From Seison nebaliae (lineage: Eukaryota), in NCBI GenBank assembly GCA_023231475.1, contig JALJEE010002379.1:62001-90628 (forward strand): DNA of 28,628 nucleotides. The letters run 5' to 3'. Below the pieces are notes generated by a model, which worked only from the letters and a program-made list of their open reading frames with translations, had not been told where the DNA came from and did no database searches. Each line of letters begins with the position of its first letter. The stretch's first letter is position 1. A program made the position numbers and the translations under genes. This document shows positions 25,061 through 28,628 of the stretch, in pieces.

Positions 25061-25478
25061 CAATAAGTGGAATAGAAACAAATCGATTATTTTCTGTCTT
25101 ACCAATTGGCATTCACTTAAAAATCTCTCATTAACAGAGTGTGAGGGCTACTCTTCGAATTGGAATTTCACTCAATTCTCTTTCAATTTCTTTCATAAAT
25201 AAACAATTATTTCATAGTCTTTATTCCGCTTTGAATAGAGACCATTACCCTATTTAATAAATTCCATATATTTTTAAGAAGAATAAATTTCTATATTTTT
25301 CTACAGAGATTTTTTTATGAAATTTTATGTACAGTTTCAGTTGTGATTAAGTTCATTAAGAAAGAAGAAGATTCAATGAAGTGACTTTATTCTAATTATT
25401 TGACTAAAGAAGAAAATTAAACATTTAAATTTCTTACAATAAATTATCATTCTTAAGAATTCGATTATTTCCTTTTTT

Positions 25479-27375
25479 CTAATAATTACTCTGTTGATAT
25501 TGATTCATCTGGGGATATTGGGGCTGTTGTTTTTGTGGTAAGATGCCATCATTCTTTATCATGCTATTGGAAGAATAAGTCTTTTGGGAGTAAGAGAATG
25601 TATTCAAAGATTGTTGAGGTTTCTGTTGAGTTTTCCAGGAATTATTATCGAGCATAACTGATTGGACGTTTGAGACCAATTTTGGTACAGATGGGACATA
25701 TGATTGAGAAAATATTTTCGTTTGCATAATCGGCTTCGTCTGCATCATCGGTTTCGTTTGCATCATTGGTTTGGTTTGCATCATCGGTTTTTCCATATTC
25801 CACATATTCTTATTCTCAAATTGTTTCGGTTGTTCCATTGGGGGATCGATGGCAACGAAAGTTTTTATTTGATTATCTGCCATTTTTTGTGTCATTTCCA
25901 TTTTATTCTCAATTTGCATCTGTGTTTTCATTGCTCGATTAGCGTTATATGGCACTAACTTAGCAGATGATTTCGCAATTACCGGAACACGTTTTGGATC
26001 TTCTGAGGGTTCCCATTTGGTTGGTAATAATGACTGAACTGAATGATTAGAGAGAAAGTGAGATATTTGAAATATGAAATTGAGATGAAAAGAAACCTCG
26101 TTGTTGTTCTAAGACGGTAGCAATTGCTTGTTGATAATCCTTCGATACACAAGTTTTGGCTGTCGGATCGAACATCATATTTGGCGGGCAACTGAGAACT
26201 GAAGCGGATTCATAAGCGAAACAAGAAATAAATTTGGTGTTGTCAAATGGATGTGGATGAATAAGAAGTCCATTTGTCATACCGGCAATTGTACATGGAT
26301 TATTAATTTTAACTAGAGCACAATCATCATCATAGAAATTGTTTGGACATTTGCAAGTATATCCTGTACTATAACTAGTACAGACACCTCCGTTCTTACA
26401 TGGCATCTTCGCACAATAATCGATCTTCTCACTACAATCTTTTCCTTTCCATCCGTCTTTACATTCACATCGAGCAACCGGATCTTTTATACAATTCTGA
26501 TATTTGTTACAATTTAATTGAAGACATTCATTGTCGACAGGAGTATCTAAACATGCACGTTCATTTGGATGGAAAAAGAATCCGACATGACACGATTTAG
26601 GTACTGGTAGACCTTGTGGAGTACATTGGTAATAGAAACTGGGATTGAATAGAACTCGGAAAAATTGGTCAGCCTCATCGGTAACCATACATTGGGAACG
26701 ATACATGTCGTTCGATGACTGCCCAATCAACGTAGTTCCATCATTCATTGCTCGAAGACAAATATAACCACCGATCAAATCGACACATTTGTCATTTCCA
26801 CAGGGCAGTGAAGCACAGTCGTCGATGTTGATGGAACAATCTAATCCGGAGAAACCTTCCTTACACTGACACATATACTCATTGTCGTTCACATTCTCGC
26901 AAACTCCACCATTCTTACACGCATGCTCTACTCGTTCACATGGTTTCGTCAACGGGAATCCTAATGTACATTGTCCATATTCCACCATATACTTCGTTTG
27001 GGGTGGACAATTTCTAATAAATTGTTGTCCATCATAACCACACTGAATATACAACCTCTCATTTGTGGGATGTGGGAATCGCTCATTAATCTTCTTTCCC
27101 AAACATAGGTTCATCGGATTCATATCCATTGACAATTTCTTCTGCGATTGTTGTTGTTGTTGTTGTTGTTGGTTCCATTTCTCAGGAATTTGTTGTTCGT
27201 TATATTTTTGTTGCACTTGTTTTTGTTGTTGTTGCTGTTGGTTAAAATTTTGGGATTGTTGTTGTTGTTGAACTTGTTGTTGTTGGTTCCATTGCTGAGA
27301 ATTCAATTCATTCGAAACGGAATATCCAGAAACATAAATTGCAACAAATGATAATAGAAGAATATTTCTAATCAT
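25479..27375 (-). CDS. Secreted EGF-repeat / peritrophin-A (CBM14)-like protein, 612 aa, exons 27375-26097 and 26038-25479
   Basis: Signal peptide MIRNILLLSFVAIYVSG, Q-rich segment, three CBM14-like modules (FPHPTNERLYIQC...CPP, FYYQC...SCHVGFFF...C, PHPFDNTKFISC...CPPNMMFDP...C), four EGF-like repeats (CKNGGVC...CxCxxGFSGxxC), Q/M/P-rich tail. A 58-nt intron restores frame into the 158-aa ORF. Confidence 0.88.
25719..25790 (-). repeat. 18-bp coding tandem repeat x4 encoding KP(M/I)MQT
   Basis: aaaccgatgatgcaaacc / aaaccaatgatgcaaacg / aaaccgatgatgcagacg / aagccgattatgcaaacg on the - strand. Confidence 0.95.
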
Positions 27376-28299
27376 TTTTATTCAACTTCTTAATTAAATC
27401 TTTTTTTTTTACACAGTTAAAAGTAATCAAATTGCTTAAACTTACATAATATTCATTCAATTATATATATCTTTTTTTTTGCTTAAATCATCACTTCTTT
27501 CCATAAAACTTCATTAAAATTTCTTATAGGAAATTAAAAATTCCTAATTTCCTATCAATCACTCAGATGAAGGAAGAAGAGAATAGTCAAAACGGAACGT
27601 CAATCATTTGTCTGAAAGATTTAATTTAAATTTGAGGATCTCATTCAGGAATTTCTTCTCAATATTCTCCCGTAATTCTTTCCTTTAATTATAACAAGCT
27701 GTTAATAAAGCTTTATTAGTTTACAATAAAGTTCTCTTATTGAAATTTTTTGACAAAATTTTCGCATTGTTTTCAATTTCTCCGAATTATCTATTTCCCA
27801 CAAATCTCATTTAGATGATAATTTAAGTATTTTTAGCACCTATCCATTTTTCTAGAAAACGATATACCGTTTTTTTTACGTTCAACAAAATTAAACAACC
27901 TGGAAAATAAAACTGGAAGACGAAAAAATGCTAGGATAATAAACGAAAATTGAAAGTAAAAATTTGAAGATGTCAAAAAAATATGATCCCACTCTGAAAC
28001 TAATCTCTGTAAATATTCTAAATTTTATTGTGAGATAAATTAAATTAGAACTGAAACAAGGAGATCTGACAATATATATATTGTGAGAAAAGAAATGAGT
28101 TCCTGAATGAAATTTCGTGATCTTTACCAATTATTTACAGCATGCTTCTTCACTGAAACAAATATTTTATTTAGAAAGAATTCTATTTAACATGTTAAAT
28201 TTAAAGAAGATGTTCGGTTAAAAACGACATTCGATAACTAATTAACATTAAATCCATTAAGTAACATTTCTGCGATATATTCAATTAACGACAAATATT

Positions 28300-28305
28300 T
28301 ATAAA
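28300..28305 (+). promoter_or_regulatory. Possible TATA box for the gene starting at 28369
   Basis: TATAAA about 65 bp upstream of the ATG; weak evidence in AT-rich DNA. Confidence 0.3.
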
Positions 28306-28368
28306 CTTCATTGAAAGATCATTTGAAATTTTTATAATCCATTAGAATAATTTCAAAGTTTCGAAAAA

Positions 28369-28628
28369 ATGAGATTTATACTATTCCTCTCAATTCTTAT
28401 CGTTAATTCGTTTGCTTCCGACGTATGGAATGATGATATGGAAGCTGAATACAATACATTAAAGAAGGACGAACGTGATAATGATCCAAATTATGACTCG
28501 TTGAATCAACCAACTTATTTGAATGTTCCTGTTCCACCACCAATGCAACAAGTGAGTATGTTTCACCAACAACAAATGGCATTATTACCATGGCATGCTG
28601 GTGGAACAATGTATCAACCGACAGGTGG
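28369..28628 (+). CDS. Secreted protein of unknown function, 5' part (runs off the window; absent from the ORF track)
   Basis: aaaaATG context; MRFILFLSILIVNSFA signal peptide followed by SDVWNDDMEAEYNTLKKDERDNDPNYDSLNQPTYLNVPVPPPMQQ..., open to the window end. Confidence 0.75.
   Translation, partial: MRFILFLSILIVNSFASDVWNDDMEAEYNTLKKDERDNDPNYDSLNQPTYLNVPVPPPMQQVSMFHQQQMALLPWHAGGTMYQPTG

Noticed and set aside
4470..27351. Many short I/F/L/C-rich overlapping ORFs in the track
   Set aside because: Antisense or off-frame shadows of low-complexity N/Q/E/K coding sequence.
26047..27375. Notch/Delta/Serrate call for the EGF protein
   Set aside because: No TM, DSL, LNR or ankyrin domains; only four EGF repeats interleaved with peritrophin-like modules.
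28403..28609. Minus-strand 68-aa ORF containing VRPSLMYCIQL, faintly like a phage tail-collar C-terminus
   Set aside because: Antisense shadow of a better plus-strand ORF with ATG and signal peptide.
1..28628. Alternative genetic code or non-GT-AG introns
   Set aside because: All models translate with the standard code and GT-AG boundaries; the deviation is at +3 and beyond.

Overview
AT-rich, compact animal genomic DNA with many tiny (mostly 39-58 nt) introns; by inference a spiralian such as a syndermatan/rotifer relative. Manual splicing gives: (1) a giant smoothelin-like gene (+, 2344-9860; N-terminal smoothelin helix, a 5-kb disordered exon, C-terminal CH domain); (2) an intronless neuroglian/L1CAM-family gene (-; 6 Ig + 5 FN3 + TM) lacking the FIGQY motif; (3) a 9-exon PLPPR-like pseudo-phosphatase (-) with a ~320-aa first extracellular loop; (4) a probable 2-exon 141-aa orphan (-); (5) a 13-exon CSPP1 (-) with an upstream RFX X-box; (6) a secreted EGF/peritrophin-like protein (-); (7) the 5' end of a secreted protein (+) running off the window. 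The main surprise is splicing: all 26 frame- or homology-supported introns (plus 2 inferred ones) begin GTT rather than GTA/GTG, and the long introns use GTTAG, pointing to rewired 5' splice-site recognition. No RNA genes, CRISPR arrays or clear transposons were recognised.
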